From the IMG/VR virus record IMGVR_UViG_3300032261_000561: DNA of 64,000 bases. The stretch is one strand, 5' to 3'. The notes beneath the pieces are model-generated. The model did not search any database and was not told the DNA's origin. It saw only the letters and a list, made by a program, of their open reading frames with translations. Each line of letters starts with the position of its first letter. The first letter of the stretch is position 1. Source of the DNA: a virus. The position numbers and the translations under genes were made by a program. Of this stretch, positions 1 through 9,693 are shown piece by piece.

Positions 1-8
1 GTGACAAC

Positions 9-1133
9 TCAGATCTGGCGGGGTATTTGCAATGCGTTCCATGCCACCTGCAAAGAGTGTTCAACGCCGGTCACCACTTTGGTCGTGGTGAGATACGGGA
101 ATGCCGTCTCGGAGGCCGGGGTGTTAATGATCGTGGGAGGCACACCCAGGCTGGGCTGCAGCTGTAGGGTGCCACCCAGATAGGAGCCGTCGGCCGTCGA
201 GCCCAGCGGCACCTTGGCAGCTGTCACCGCACCGGGGTCCCAGCCCTGGATCGGAGTACCTAACGGCACCCACGAGCGGGTGCGCAGCTGGGTGAAGATC
301 TGCGCGTTCATGTTGCCGCCCGAGGCGGCCTGCACGGTGGACAAGTAGAGGGTCTTGCGCCAGCCAGCGGCGGACAGCGGGCCGTCGCTACGCAGCCCAG
401 GCTCGGGTGCGGCGTTGACCGGATTGGGATCCCAGCCGCTGCCGGTGCCGAACTGCCACGCCAGACTGCCACCACCAGCGGGGTTGCGGGCCGAAGTAAA
501 CGAGTTGACGCCCACCGCGCTCCATCGCTTGCGGGCGGTGAACACGTGGCCGTCTGAGTCGGTGCCGTACACCGTCAGGTATCCCCGGGCGGTCGAAATC
601 CCCTTGTCGAAACTCACACCCTGTGCAGAAAGGTTGGGGATAACCTCCTCGGCCACCGGCACCAGCCGCCCGCCGGTGGCCACGCGGAAATGCTGCAGCA
701 GGCCGCTGGTCTGGGCGCCCTGCGTGACACTGTGCAGCAGATAGAGGTACGGGGTGCCCACGCTGGTCCCGGCGTTGAGCACAGCGGAGTCCACCGGCGT
801 GACGATCGGGATGACCGGCGTGTTGTCGATCAGCGTGCGCGCGCCGCTGGGGCCCAGAATGAACCAGCTGGGTGTGGTGTGCTCGGTGTAGTCGCTGAAA
901 AAACCGGGATTGCTGGTTGACGGGGTAGCCGTCGTCCAGCGCCGGGAGAATGCGGCCAGCATCTGGGTGGAGCTGATCTGGTGAATGTGTACCGGCGCCC
1001 CGGCCGCGATCGTGGTGTTGTCGTAGAAGGCGCCCAGCCGGGAGCTGGTCGCGTTGCGGGTGGCGGTGACGATGGAGGCGCCCAGCAGATCCACGGCGCT
1101 GGACAGCACCTGTGCCGCCGGGTTGCTAGCCAT
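9..1133 (-). CDS. Hypothetical protein, possibly a minor virion protein (S/T/G/P-rich)
   Basis: 374-aa ORF; ATG overlaps the end of the upstream gene; composition resembles tail proteins. Confidence 0.55.
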   Translation of the reverse strand: MASNPAAQVLSSAVDLLGASIVTATRNATSSRLGAFYDNTTIAAGAPVHIHQISSTQMLAAFSRRWTTATPSTSNPGFFSDYTEHTTPSWFILGPSGARTLIDNTPVIPIVTPVDSAVLNAGTSVGTPYLYLLHSVTQGAQTSGLLQHFRVATGGRLVPVAEEVIPNLSAQGVSFDKGISTARGYLTVYGTDSDGHVFTARKRWSAVGVNSFTSARNPAGGGSLAWQFGTGSGWDPNPVNAAPEPGLRSDGPLSAAGWRKTLYLSTVQAASGGNMNAQIFTQLRTRSWVPLGTPIQGWDPGAVTAAKVPLGSTADGSYLGGTLQLQPSLGVPPTIINTPASETAFPYLTTTKVVTGVEHSLQVAWNALQIPRQI

Positions 1134-1866
1134 CGAACTCGTCGTCGTCGTCGAAGTCGGCCTCGGTCCCCGGGTCGAACACGTCGTCGATGACTTCCTC
1201 GACCCGCGCGGTCAGCGCGGGCACGGCTATCGGCTGATCGCTGTTGACCTTGGCGCTGATCGCGTCCCACATCTGTGGGGGCACCACCTCTTTGACCGCG
1301 CTGATGATGCGGTGCACCTCGGCCATCATCTCAGCGTGTTGCATCTCGCCGGTGGACCGGCGCTCGATCTCGGCCAGCCGCGCCGCCGCCGTCATGCCTT
1401 CACCCACCGTGACCACCGTGGTGGGTTGGATCAAGTGCTCATGGGCCCGCTGCATGACGGTTTCCAGGAAGGCCAAATGCGTGACCGTCTCCCCAATGCC
1501 GTTCTCGTAGTCGCGGCCGAACTGCATCTCACGTTTGAGCCCGATGCTGCGGTAGATCGCCCACGACGGATTGTCGAGCGCGAAATGTTGCTCCGCGTGG
1601 TGCTTGATGATGCGCTGGGTGATGGGGCCACGGCCCTGCTTTTTGCGCGCCGGGTTGATTGAGGTGCCGAGAATCTGATGGACGTCGCGATAGCTGTGCA
1701 TACGGGCCAGCAGGTTGTTGACCAGGATCCGCGTCGAGGGATCCTGACACACCCGGCACCGGGGCTCAATCTTGACTTCCAGCTTGAGCTTGCCCTCTTC
1801 GCGCAACCGCGCCATCTCCGCAGCGACGGCCGCGTCGATGTCGTAATCGGTGGCCAGCTCAGTCAT
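1126..1866 (-). CDS. Putative Zn-binding/HTH DNA-binding protein
   Basis: CRVC...HHAEQH motif flanking an HTH-like SYRDVHQIL segment; start at MTELATDY (ATGA overlap with upstream gene). Confidence 0.55.
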   Translation of the reverse strand: MTELATDYDIDAAVAAEMARLREEGKLKLEVKIEPRCRVCQDPSTRILVNNLLARMHSYRDVHQILGTSINPARKKQGRGPITQRIIKHHAEQHFALDNPSWAIYRSIGLKREMQFGRDYENGIGETVTHLAFLETVMQRAHEHLIQPTTVVTVGEGMTAAARLAEIERRSTGEMQHAEMMAEVHRIISAVKEVVPPQMWDAISAKVNSDQPIAVPALTARVEEVIDDVFDPGTEADFDDDDEFDG

Positions 1867-2168
1867 TCGTCGGCCTGCTTGAGTTTGACCGGCCGCTGCC
1901 CGGCCCACGGATTGTAGGCACGGCGATACATGCCATGCGACAAAGCCCGGTCCGGTGCGCCGTAGGGGCCGATAAGCTCACGCGACCATCGTAGTGCCAG
2001 CTGGTCAGCGGTGAGGTAGTCCACTTCACGTCCCTGCTCACGCAGGCGGCGCCGGTCGGCGGCCAGAATCTTCTCGGCGTCGTCTTCGACGGAGAAATCC
2101 ACTCCGCTGCGCAACGGCAGGATGTTGGGTGGAGGGGCGGTATCAAACCTTCCATCCTCGGCAAACAC
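1863..2168 (-). CDS. Hypothetical protein
   Basis: 101-aa ORF coupled to the downstream gene; GAGGAG upstream. Confidence 0.65.
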   Translation of the reverse strand: MFAEDGRFDTAPPPNILPLRSGVDFSVEDDAEKILAADRRRLREQGREVDYLTADQLALRWSRELIGPYGAPDRALSHGMYRRAYNPWAGQRPVKLKQADE

Positions 2169-2177
2169 TGGGGCTCC

Positions 2178-2654
2178 TCAGGCAGATATGAGCTGCTCCC
2201 GTTCGTCCTCGAACGCGGGCAATGAGGTGGCGGTGTCGGCCGTCTCAGGGGTGCACTTCGAGCGCTTGACGTAGATCCTTGGTACCCAGGTCCCGGCCTG
2301 CTTTTCGTCATAGGCCTTGACCATGCGTGCCAACGCGGTGTCGGCGTACTGCTGTATGGGGGTGCTCCACTGGCTCTCCGGCAGCATGATGTCGGTGGCC
2401 GCGCCCTCGGTGAACCCGCGCAGGCAGATCAGCTCGAAGGCTTCCCGCTGGCGATCAGGCAACGACAGGATGCCGGTCATCAGATCCGGCAGGTAGATCT
2501 CCTCCACCCCCAGGACGGTATCGACGACCACGATGATGCCCGGCATTTCCATTTCGCCGGATTCGATAAGAGCCTTGAAATGTTCGAGATGTTGAAAGCA
2601 CCGCTTGAATATCTGTAGCCTGCGCTTGGTGGGATCATCGGGTAAGCGGCGCAT
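2178..2654 (-). CDS. Sigma-70 region-4-like HTH protein
   Basis: LSLPDRQREAFELICLRGFTEGAATDIM matches the region-4 pattern LP.RQR..F.L....G.T..E.A..M. Confidence 0.7.
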   Translation of the reverse strand: MRRLPDDPTKRRLQIFKRCFQHLEHFKALIESGEMEMPGIIVVVDTVLGVEEIYLPDLMTGILSLPDRQREAFELICLRGFTEGAATDIMLPESQWSTPIQQYADTALARMVKAYDEKQAGTWVPRIYVKRSKCTPETADTATSLPAFEDEREQLISA

Positions 2655-2663
2655 TTCTGGTCC

Positions 2664-3356
2664 CTATCGCTCGAAACTTTTCCAGGTGCGGATCTTTTCC
2701 AGGTAGCTCATGAACCGGCCGATCTCGTCATAGAAATCCTTCGAGGTCTGCCAAAGGCAGTACCGGAAGAACGCATGATAGCGATCGGTGCGGGTGTCGC
2801 GATTGGCCCGGGCGGTGCGGTCGTTGATGGTGCCGTCGATGGTGGCCCAGTAGACATCGTCGTGCATGTCCCCGGCGGTCATCTTGCCGTAGACGGCATC
2901 CTGCAGCAGCTGGCTGATGCGCGGGGCGACGTCGAGGCGCAGCCGCTGCAACCCGAGGATGGCCTCCTCGAAGTCCTGGCCGGTGAGCTGGCTGTAATCC
3001 TCTAGGAAGCGGCCATCCTCATCACGCTTGTAGACCTGACGTCCCTGCCGGTCGACCAGCGCCATGCCGGTGTGCGGATTGGTGTCGGGTATGTGCATGG
3101 CGCCGTAGAAGCGCTGGAAGATGTCGATGGCGTCGCGGAAGTTGTTGGCGAACTCCTCATCGACAGCGGCCTGGGTACGCACCAGGATGGCCTGATCTTC
3201 GGGGCGCCAGGTGAACCGAATCTTCTCGAAGATCGACTTGCGCTGCTCGACTTCCAGGTCGTCGGCGTCGGTGGGTGCGGCAGGGAGCAAGTCTTCCAGC
3301 GGCTGGTTCAGATCGTCGACAGCCGCCTGGGAAAGACCGTTCGATCCTTCGGTCAC
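2664..3356 (-). CDS. Hypothetical protein
   Basis: 230-aa ORF with phage-like codon usage, coupled to the RusA-like gene. Confidence 0.7.
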   Translation of the reverse strand: MTEGSNGLSQAAVDDLNQPLEDLLPAAPTDADDLEVEQRKSIFEKIRFTWRPEDQAILVRTQAAVDEEFANNFRDAIDIFQRFYGAMHIPDTNPHTGMALVDRQGRQVYKRDEDGRFLEDYSQLTGQDFEEAILGLQRLRLDVAPRISQLLQDAVYGKMTAGDMHDDVYWATIDGTINDRTARANRDTRTDRYHAFFRYCLWQTSKDFYDEIGRFMSYLEKIRTWKSFER

Positions 3357-3814
3357 TACCCTGTAACCTTCCGCCTCTCGGCCCCATCGGTGGCCCCCTG
3401 CTCGTCAAGATAGCACGTCAAATCGGGTGTGATGTGGATTCGTACACCCATGGGTTCTCCAATTTCTGCCACCCGTTTACGCACGAGCAAAGTGGTCACC
3501 TGAGCGTCATCGCGCCACACCACGCCCGTCAGTGCATCCAGACATGCTCGGGTGAGCTTATCAATGTCGGGCTTCTTGGTAGCCGGAGGCGTGGGCTTGG
3601 TCTTGGCAGTATTACCGGGTCGGTAAAGCACGAATTCTAGACCAACAGCGAGTGGACCCTCGATTAACTCCATGGGTTCCACCTCTTGATAGGCCGCCAA
3701 CGCAACACGTTCACGCCACGGGCCCAGCTCCTTGTTGTCTTCCCGCATCCCCCAGCGGGTCTTGACCTTCGACCCCTGAGATTGAGGTTTACCCGGGACG
3801 TAGAACGAGAGCAT
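3356..3814 (-). CDS. rusA: RusA-like Holliday junction resolvase
   Basis: FYVPGKPQSQGSK...KKPDIDKLTRACLDALTGVVWRDDAQV; ATG at 3814 overlaps the upstream TGA. Confidence 0.9.
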   Translation of the reverse strand: MLSFYVPGKPQSQGSKVKTRWGMREDNKELGPWRERVALAAYQEVEPMELIEGPLAVGLEFVLYRPGNTAKTKPTPPATKKPDIDKLTRACLDALTGVVWRDDAQVTTLLVRKRVAEIGEPMGVRIHITPDLTCYLDEQGATDGAERRKVTG

Positions 3815-4560
3815 CAACGGGGCCCGTCCGGATGAAGCCAGCACGCGAACCGTACCGGGCAGGTAGTGACCGTAGGACTGTTGGGTGCACAACAATAGAT
3901 CGGCGCACGATTGAGCGCGATAGCCTCACGCACCCGGTCGAACTTCGAGTAGATCTCGGAGAGCAGCGCGTCATTGCGGGCCACCGGGATCTCGCGCATT
4001 CTAAACGGATAGCCGCTCTCCACCATCAGGATGATGCCGGTTTCCAGCCCCTGGCTGTCCAGCTGGATGGACAGCTGCGCCTCCCACTTCGGCAACAGCT
4101 CGGTCTTGGCAAACTTGAAATGGGTGCGGCTCTTGATCTCCACCACGATCGGACCGCGTGTGAGATGGTCGACGATCGCGTCGATGCGGCCGCGCACGTG
4201 GTGCTCCTCGATGGTGAACATCTTCTCGACGTTCTCCGGCTTCACCAGACCGGTGCGCACCAGATGCCGCTGCAGTATCTCGTGCAGGCTGGTGCCCACC
4301 CCCGCCGCCATCTCGCGTTCCAGGCTGAACGGCTCGTCTACGGCGAATTTCTGGGTGTCTGGGTGGAAGAGGTAGTACAGCTGGCGTTCGCCCATCAGCG
4401 GGTGCGTGGAGGGGTGAAAATAGCCATCCCCGCGACCCTCCCACACCCCGCCGTGCAGATCGGCGCCGTCGCGTACGGCGGCCCGCATCTGGTTTTCCAG
4501 CATGGGCAGCACAATCTCCTGATTGGCCAGCCGTTTGAGGAGGTTGTCATAGATGGTCAT
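3814..4560 (-). CDS. Cas4-like / PD-(D/E)XK exonuclease
   Basis: GT.LHE, RGRIDAIVD, VVEIKS, QLSIQ and a C-terminal Cys cluster CC...CPVRFAC. Confidence 0.82.
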   Translation of the reverse strand: MTIYDNLLKRLANQEIVLPMLENQMRAAVRDGADLHGGVWEGRGDGYFHPSTHPLMGERQLYYLFHPDTQKFAVDEPFSLEREMAAGVGTSLHEILQRHLVRTGLVKPENVEKMFTIEEHHVRGRIDAIVDHLTRGPIVVEIKSRTHFKFAKTELLPKWEAQLSIQLDSQGLETGIILMVESGYPFRMREIPVARNDALLSEIYSKFDRVREAIALNRAPIYCCAPNSPTVTTCPVRFACWLHPDGPR

Positions 4561-4910
4561 GGAACTTCCTCCGTTCGCCGCGCCAGGTCGAGCAGTTCCG
4601 CGAAGTCGTTGAGCCTCAGCACAATGTAGTCATCAACTGCACTACCTGTGATAAAGCGAATTGGAATAACGAACCGCTGGCCCAGGTAGTCAGCGCGCTC
4701 ACTCTCGGCCAGCAGAAACGCGTGGTTGAGACTGAACGAGCCTTTCTCGGTGCATTTGCAGTCGGCCAGCATCGGGAATGCGGTCTGTGCCGGGTGCCGG
4801 GTGTCGACGGCGTCCCCGCGTGCGTAGAACTGGTTGCCACTGCCCGGCGTGGAATCTAAGCGCAACAGCTGCTGCACGTAGCGCTCGAACGTCTTCCACA
4901 GAGGTGCCAT
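4557..4910 (-). CDS. Putative Hjc-like (PD-(D/E)XK) Holliday junction resolvase
   Basis: FER...TPGSG...GDAVD...ADCKCT and C-terminal DYIVLRLNDFAELL. Confidence 0.7.
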   Translation of the reverse strand: MAPLWKTFERYVQQLLRLDSTPGSGNQFYARGDAVDTRHPAQTAFPMLADCKCTEKGSFSLNHAFLLAESERADYLGQRFVIPIRFITGSAVDDYIVLRLNDFAELLDLARRTEEVP

Positions 4911-4911
4911 C

Positions 4912-6024
4912 TCATTCCTCCCCAAACACCCCCTGGCGGAACAACTCAGCCACCGGCGCTTCGTCCAGATCGTTGGGATTCTGCACCGGGGCTACCTCGG
5001 ACACCCGGTCGCGCAGCTGCTCGATGATCGCCACCCGCAGCTGCGCCTGCAGCTCGGGATGGGCTTTGATGTGCGCCGAGAACTGATCGGCGCCGCAGAT
5101 CTTCCCGTCAGGTAAAGACGGGTGGTGATACCAGGCGCCCTTGCGGGTGACGATCGACGTCATGGCGCCCAGCCGGGCGATCTCCTCGGCCTGGTCGACA
5201 CCGAAGCCCCACTTCTCGGTGCGCACCGACATAAACCACCACTGGCAGGTGCGGCCCTCGATGCCCCCGGCCTGGTTTTTGACGATTTTCGCCGCCACCG
5301 TACCGCCGACTTTGACGCGCTCGCCGTTGATGTCCTCGAAGACTTCGCCTTTGGCTTTCTTGAGATACACCCGCATCACCGCGTTGTGCTTAGGGGCGTG
5401 CCCGCCGGGCGTGATGATGCGATGAAAACCCGCAACGTCATCGCGAGTCTGGTTGACGGCGTAGGTGCAGCATTGGTACTTGGCGGTGAGATTGGCCATG
5501 ATCGGAGCGAAGCGCGCCATTTGGCGGGCGTTGCCGGTCATCTCGTCTTTCTCGGTGTCCATCGACTTGCGGGTGATCGCGCTGGCGATGGAGTCGAACA
5601 GCACGAAACACACGAAGCCGCTTTTCACCGCCTCTTTGTAGATCTCACAGGCCTGCTCGATATCGTCGGGCTGGGAGTAGATGATGCGCTTGTCCAGGCG
5701 CTCCTCACCCACCAGGGTGGCCAGCCACTCGACGTCCAACTTGTGCTCGGTATCCAAAATCAGCGCGCCGCGCTTGGGCTGAGCGTCGAGGAAGTTGCTC
5801 ATGCCCAGCAGCCCCAGCGTGGTCTTGCCGCATTGCTCGGCGCCGAACACCTCCACCATGCGGTCGGATGGCCAGCCGCCGCAGCCGGTGGCCAGATCCA
5901 GCGAGATGGAGCCGGTCGAATACTTGGGGTAGCGCGGCATCTGCGAGGCCATCATCACCGAGCGCGGGCCGAATTTTTCGGCCATCGCATCGTGGATCTT
6001 CTGCGCCTCCGGCTTGGCCGCCAT
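4912..6024 (-). CDS. recA: RecA-like DNA recombinase
   Basis: STGSISLDLATGCGGWP, Walker A GAEQCGKTT, DTEHKLD, FDSIAS, NQTR, TPGG, KIVKN, KGAWY; start at MAAKPEAQ. Confidence 0.95.
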   Translation of the reverse strand: MAAKPEAQKIHDAMAEKFGPRSVMMASQMPRYPKYSTGSISLDLATGCGGWPSDRMVEVFGAEQCGKTTLGLLGMSNFLDAQPKRGALILDTEHKLDVEWLATLVGEERLDKRIIYSQPDDIEQACEIYKEAVKSGFVCFVLFDSIASAITRKSMDTEKDEMTGNARQMARFAPIMANLTAKYQCCTYAVNQTRDDVAGFHRIITPGGHAPKHNAVMRVYLKKAKGEVFEDINGERVKVGGTVAAKIVKNQAGGIEGRTCQWWFMSVRTEKWGFGVDQAEEIARLGAMTSIVTRKGAWYHHPSLPDGKICGADQFSAHIKAHPELQAQLRVAIIEQLRDRVSEVAPVQNPNDLDEAPVAELFRQGVFGEE

Positions 6025-6227
6025 CAGCCGAAATCTTCGTCGAGGACCCGTGGCGCATCGGGGTCCCCCACCCAGCTGATCTCCCCGGCCTGCCTCGCTT
6101 CGGCCAGAATCTTCATCGCGAACTCGTTGCACAACGCCACCGACGGCCGGAAGGTCGTCCGCTGCTGCACAAGATCCCCGAGCACCACGCCGAAATTCGC
6201 GACCTGGTCTTTAGTTGCCATACTCAT
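6024..6227 (-). CDS. Small hypothetical protein
   Basis: Fills the gap between dnaE and recA; stop overlaps the recA ATG; start uncertain (6227 or 6221). Confidence 0.55.
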   Translation of the reverse strand: MSMATKDQVANFGVVLGDLVQQRTTFRPSVALCNEFAMKILAEARQAGEISWVGDPDAPRVLDEDFG

Positions 6228-9200
6228 CCCATATCTTGTCCAGTCGATACAAATTGCTAAGACACACGCCATTGTCTAGGCGCTCGCATTCACAGATCAC
6301 CGGCTTGCCCATCTCGATGGAGTATTTGTACCGCTCCCACGGGCCCGGGAACACCACAATATCGTAGGTGTCGCCCTGCCATTCCACCCCGATGAACGCC
6401 ATCTCGGAGCCCGGGTTGCGGCCTTTCTTCGTCTTAGTCTTGCGGATCTTGACGATCTGCCCGCCGATCACCAGCTCCTGGCCGGGCAGATATTTGCGGA
6501 TCTGCGATGGGTTGCGGATCGCTTCGGCGTCGATGGCGCGCACATAGGCACCCATCGGATCGATGGTGACGAAGCTGCCGACCAGCTGCTGCTCGATCTG
6601 GTAGAGCACCTCGTCGTTAGCGAAGTCGGGGACCTCGATCTGAAACCGCTTGGGGTACTTGGCGATCTTGTCGGCCACCAGCGCGTCGCGCTCAGCCGGG
6701 CTAGCCTTGGCCCACTTGCCGGGCCCGATGTCCTTGCCCGCCCAGCGGTACTCGATCTCGCGCAGCATGGCGGTGCGGTCGCCGAACTCGTCCAGTGCCC
6801 CGATCTTCACCAGGTTGACCGCACAGGCTTTGTAGGCGCCTTTCCCGGCGCGCGCCAGATAGTCGTTGAACGAGCTATAGGGCTGCGCAGCCACCAGCGC
6901 CCGGGCGTTGACTTCACCCACGCCATGGATGGCGTCTAGCCCGTAGCGGATGGTCTGCCCTTCGATACGGAACGTCACCCGCGACTCGTTGATGTCGGGC
7001 GGCAGGATGGTCAGCCCTTTGCGCCGGGCGTCGCGCACGAAGTAGTTGCGCTTGGCCTCGTCCACCCGCATGAAGCCGACCAGCATCTCGGCCGGGTAAT
7101 AATGCTTCATCCAGATCTCCCAGGCCGCGATCATGGCGTAGCCCAGCGCGTGGCTCTTGTTGAAGCAGTACCGGCCGGAGGCTTCGATGGAGCGCCAGAT
7201 GTCAGCGGCCACCGGCGCCGGAATCCCCGAATGGGTGCGGCAGCCATCGATGAACTTCTCCTTCATGGCCAGCACTTTGGCCATGATCTTCTTACCGACC
7301 GCCTTCTGCAGATCCGAGGACTCCGACTGGCTGAACCCGGCCAGCTCCCGAGAGGCTTCCATCAGCTGCTCCTGGTAAACCAGGATGCCGAACGTGCTCT
7401 GGGTGATCGGCTCCATCATCGGGTGCTGGTAGACAACCGACTCAACGCCAGCTCGACGGCGTAGGTACGCGTGGTAGAGACCCGCATCGCGCACACCGGG
7501 GCGGTTGATGGAGATGAGGTCAGCGACTTCAACCATGCTGCGCGGCCGAAACTCGATCGCAGACTCAGTTCCACCGGGTGTGCCCAGCTGGAAGATGCCA
7601 ACGGTCTGCCCTTCGTCGATCTGGGTCCAGATGACCGGATCCTCATAGTGGCGCTCGTCGAATGCCTCGTAGTCGATGTCGGCATCGTGGCGTTCCTTGG
7701 CCAGGTCGGCGGCGATCTGCAGCGCATCCAGGTGGCGCAGCGCCAGAAAATCGCCTTTTAGCCCGCCCAGCTCCTCGACGTCATACATGTCAAACTGCGT
7801 CGTCAGCGTGTTGTTCTTGACCCGGGTCGGCAGCGTCCCACCGGCCAGCGACTGATCGCTGATCAGCACGGCGGCGGCGTGCACCCCGGTCTGGCGGATC
7901 ACTCCGAACATCTTGTCGAGATCCTCGAACAGCTTGGGGTGCCTGTCCATGTAGGGACCAATCTCCTTGCGGTGGTCTTCGATGACCTCCTCCCAGCTGC
8001 GGACGTCCTCCTCGGCCGACTCCTCCTCTTCGATCTCGGCGGCGGTGATGCGCTCGACGATCTTGCCGATGTCTTCCAGTTCCTTGTAGTCGATGCCCAG
8101 CATCCGACCGATGTCTTTGACGGTGCCTCGGGCCTGGTTGCGGCTCATCGTGCAGATGGAGCACACGTGGTCGTGTCCCCAGCGGTGCTTGACGTACTCC
8201 TTCATGCCCGCCCGCTTGGAGCGCGGGAAGTCGATGTCGATGTCGGGGAAGCCGGTGCGTTCGGGGATCAGGAAGCGCTCAAACAGCAGTCCGTATTTGA
8301 TCGGGTCGATGCTGGTGATGCCCAGCAGCCAGGCCACTAGGGAGCCGCCCACCGAGCCCCGGCCGGGCCCGATCATCATCGGCTGGGGCCCGGTGCCCAG
8401 CACGTACTGCGCCCAGCTGCCGTCGCGGGCGGCGCGCACGTAGTCGGTGACGATCAGGAAGTACCCGGCGAACCGCTTGTCGCAGATGACCTGCAGCTCG
8501 GACTCCATCCGGCGCCAGTACAGGTCGCGGTCCAGCCCGCCGCGCTCCACCCGGTCGCGGAAGCCTTTCTCCACCAGGTCCAGGAACGTCTCCCAGTCAT
8601 CGGCCTCGCTCTTGGTGAACAGCGGCATGCCCAGCATGGGCTTGATCACCACGTCGCACTGCTCGGCCATATGCGCGGAGTGCTTGATGGCCTCGGACAC
8701 GATCTCCCGGCTGACGCCGTGCCGCTTCATCCAGAAGTGCAGCTCGCTCTCGCTCATCAGCCAGTCGGCCTTCTGCCCGCTGACCTCGGCCTGATCGGGA
8801 TTGGAGTCGGCCCTAAAACCCCACACCAGCTCCTTGTAGCGCCAGTGCCCGGGATAGGCGTAATGGGAATCGTTGACCACCACCATCGGGATGCCCATTT
8901 CGGTGGCCAGGCGAACCTTGGCCTGGTTCAGCTGGGTCATCTCGGCGTTAAGCCGGTGCTGGTCGATGATCTCCCGGCGGCGCTGCGCGGCGGTGATCAT
9001 CTCCTCGGTGTCGCCGGGCAGCCACGGGTTGCCGTTGGCGTCCAGCACCACCACCTCAGGCGGGATATCAGGCAGCTCCATGTACTGCCAGGTATGCAGT
9101 TCCACGTAGAAATTCTCGCGGAAGATCTCGTGCAACCCGCCCATGTACAACCGGGCCAGGTCCTCGTCACCGGCCACCACCGCCCGGTTCAGCCCGGTCA

Positions 9201-9678
9201 GCATGCAACCGTCGCTGGCGTAGAGGCCAGCCGCGTGCTGGCTCAGCAGCTCCGGATCGGCCAGCGGCTTGTTGTAGAAGTGCTTGGCGTCATATGCGGT
9301 GGACGACAGCGCCCACAGGTTGCGCAGCCCCTCCTGATTCTTGGCGATCAGGCACAAATGACTGGTGTTGCCGGTGGGATTCTTCTCCTCCCGCGCTTTG
9401 GCGATGTTGGAACACCAATAGCCTTCCATCCCGAAGATCGGCCGCACCCCCTCGGCGCGGCAGGCCTTCTGGAATGCCAGGTGCTGGTTGACCTCGCCGT
9501 GGTCGGTGAGCGCCACCGCGCTCTGGCGCAGCTCGCGGGCCCGCCGAGCGATCTGGCCGACTTTGGAGAAGCCGTCGAGAAATGAGCCCTCCGAATGGTT
9601 GTGAAAGCCAACCTGATCCTCTGGTTCGGGGGGCCCCGGGTTATCCCCATATCCCGGGGCCGCCGCCACCTGTTCCAT
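6211..9678 (-). CDS. dnaE: DNA polymerase III alpha subunit (DnaE-like)
   Basis: PHP motifs FHNHSEGSFLDG, ALTDHG, NDSHY; GPGRGS, LLFERFL, PDIDID, GIFQL, YQEQ, FNKSHA, PPDINES; C-terminal OB fold. Confidence 0.97.
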   Translation of the reverse strand: MEQVAAAPGYGDNPGPPEPEDQVGFHNHSEGSFLDGFSKVGQIARRARELRQSAVALTDHGEVNQHLAFQKACRAEGVRPIFGMEGYWCSNIAKAREEKNPTGNTSHLCLIAKNQEGLRNLWALSSTAYDAKHFYNKPLADPELLSQHAAGLYASDGCMLTGLNRAVVAGDEDLARLYMGGLHEIFRENFYVELHTWQYMELPDIPPEVVVLDANGNPWLPGDTEEMITAAQRRREIIDQHRLNAEMTQLNQAKVRLATEMGIPMVVVNDSHYAYPGHWRYKELVWGFRADSNPDQAEVSGQKADWLMSESELHFWMKRHGVSREIVSEAIKHSAHMAEQCDVVIKPMLGMPLFTKSEADDWETFLDLVEKGFRDRVERGGLDRDLYWRRMESELQVICDKRFAGYFLIVTDYVRAARDGSWAQYVLGTGPQPMMIGPGRGSVGGSLVAWLLGITSIDPIKYGLLFERFLIPERTGFPDIDIDFPRSKRAGMKEYVKHRWGHDHVCSICTMSRNQARGTVKDIGRMLGIDYKELEDIGKIVERITAAEIEEEESAEEDVRSWEEVIEDHRKEIGPYMDRHPKLFEDLDKMFGVIRQTGVHAAAVLISDQSLAGGTLPTRVKNNTLTTQFDMYDVEELGGLKGDFLALRHLDALQIAADLAKERHDADIDYEAFDERHYEDPVIWTQIDEGQTVGIFQLGTPGGTESAIEFRPRSMVEVADLISINRPGVRDAGLYHAYLRRRAGVESVVYQHPMMEPITQSTFGILVYQEQLMEASRELAGFSQSESSDLQKAVGKKIMAKVLAMKEKFIDGCRTHSGIPAPVAADIWRSIEASGRYCFNKSHALGYAMIAAWEIWMKHYYPAEMLVGFMRVDEAKRNYFVRDARRKGLTILPPDINESRVTFRIEGQTIRYGLDAIHGVGEVNARALVAAQPYSSFNDYLARAGKGAYKACAVNLVKIGALDEFGDRTAMLREIEYRWAGKDIGPGKWAKASPAERDALVADKIAKYPKRFQIEVPDFANDEVLYQIEQQLVGSFVTIDPMGAYVRAIDAEAIRNPSQIRKYLPGQELVIGGQIVKIRKTKTKKGRNPGSEMAFIGVEWQGDTYDIVVFPGPWERYKYSIEMGKPVICECERLDNGVCLSNLYRLDKIWDEYGN

Positions 9679-9693
9679 GCGGGGATAGCAGGA

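Noticed and set aside
3814-4560. Cas4-like gene as evidence of a CRISPR-Cas system
   Set aside because: No repeat-spacer array or other cas genes seen; solo Cas4-like nucleases are common in phages
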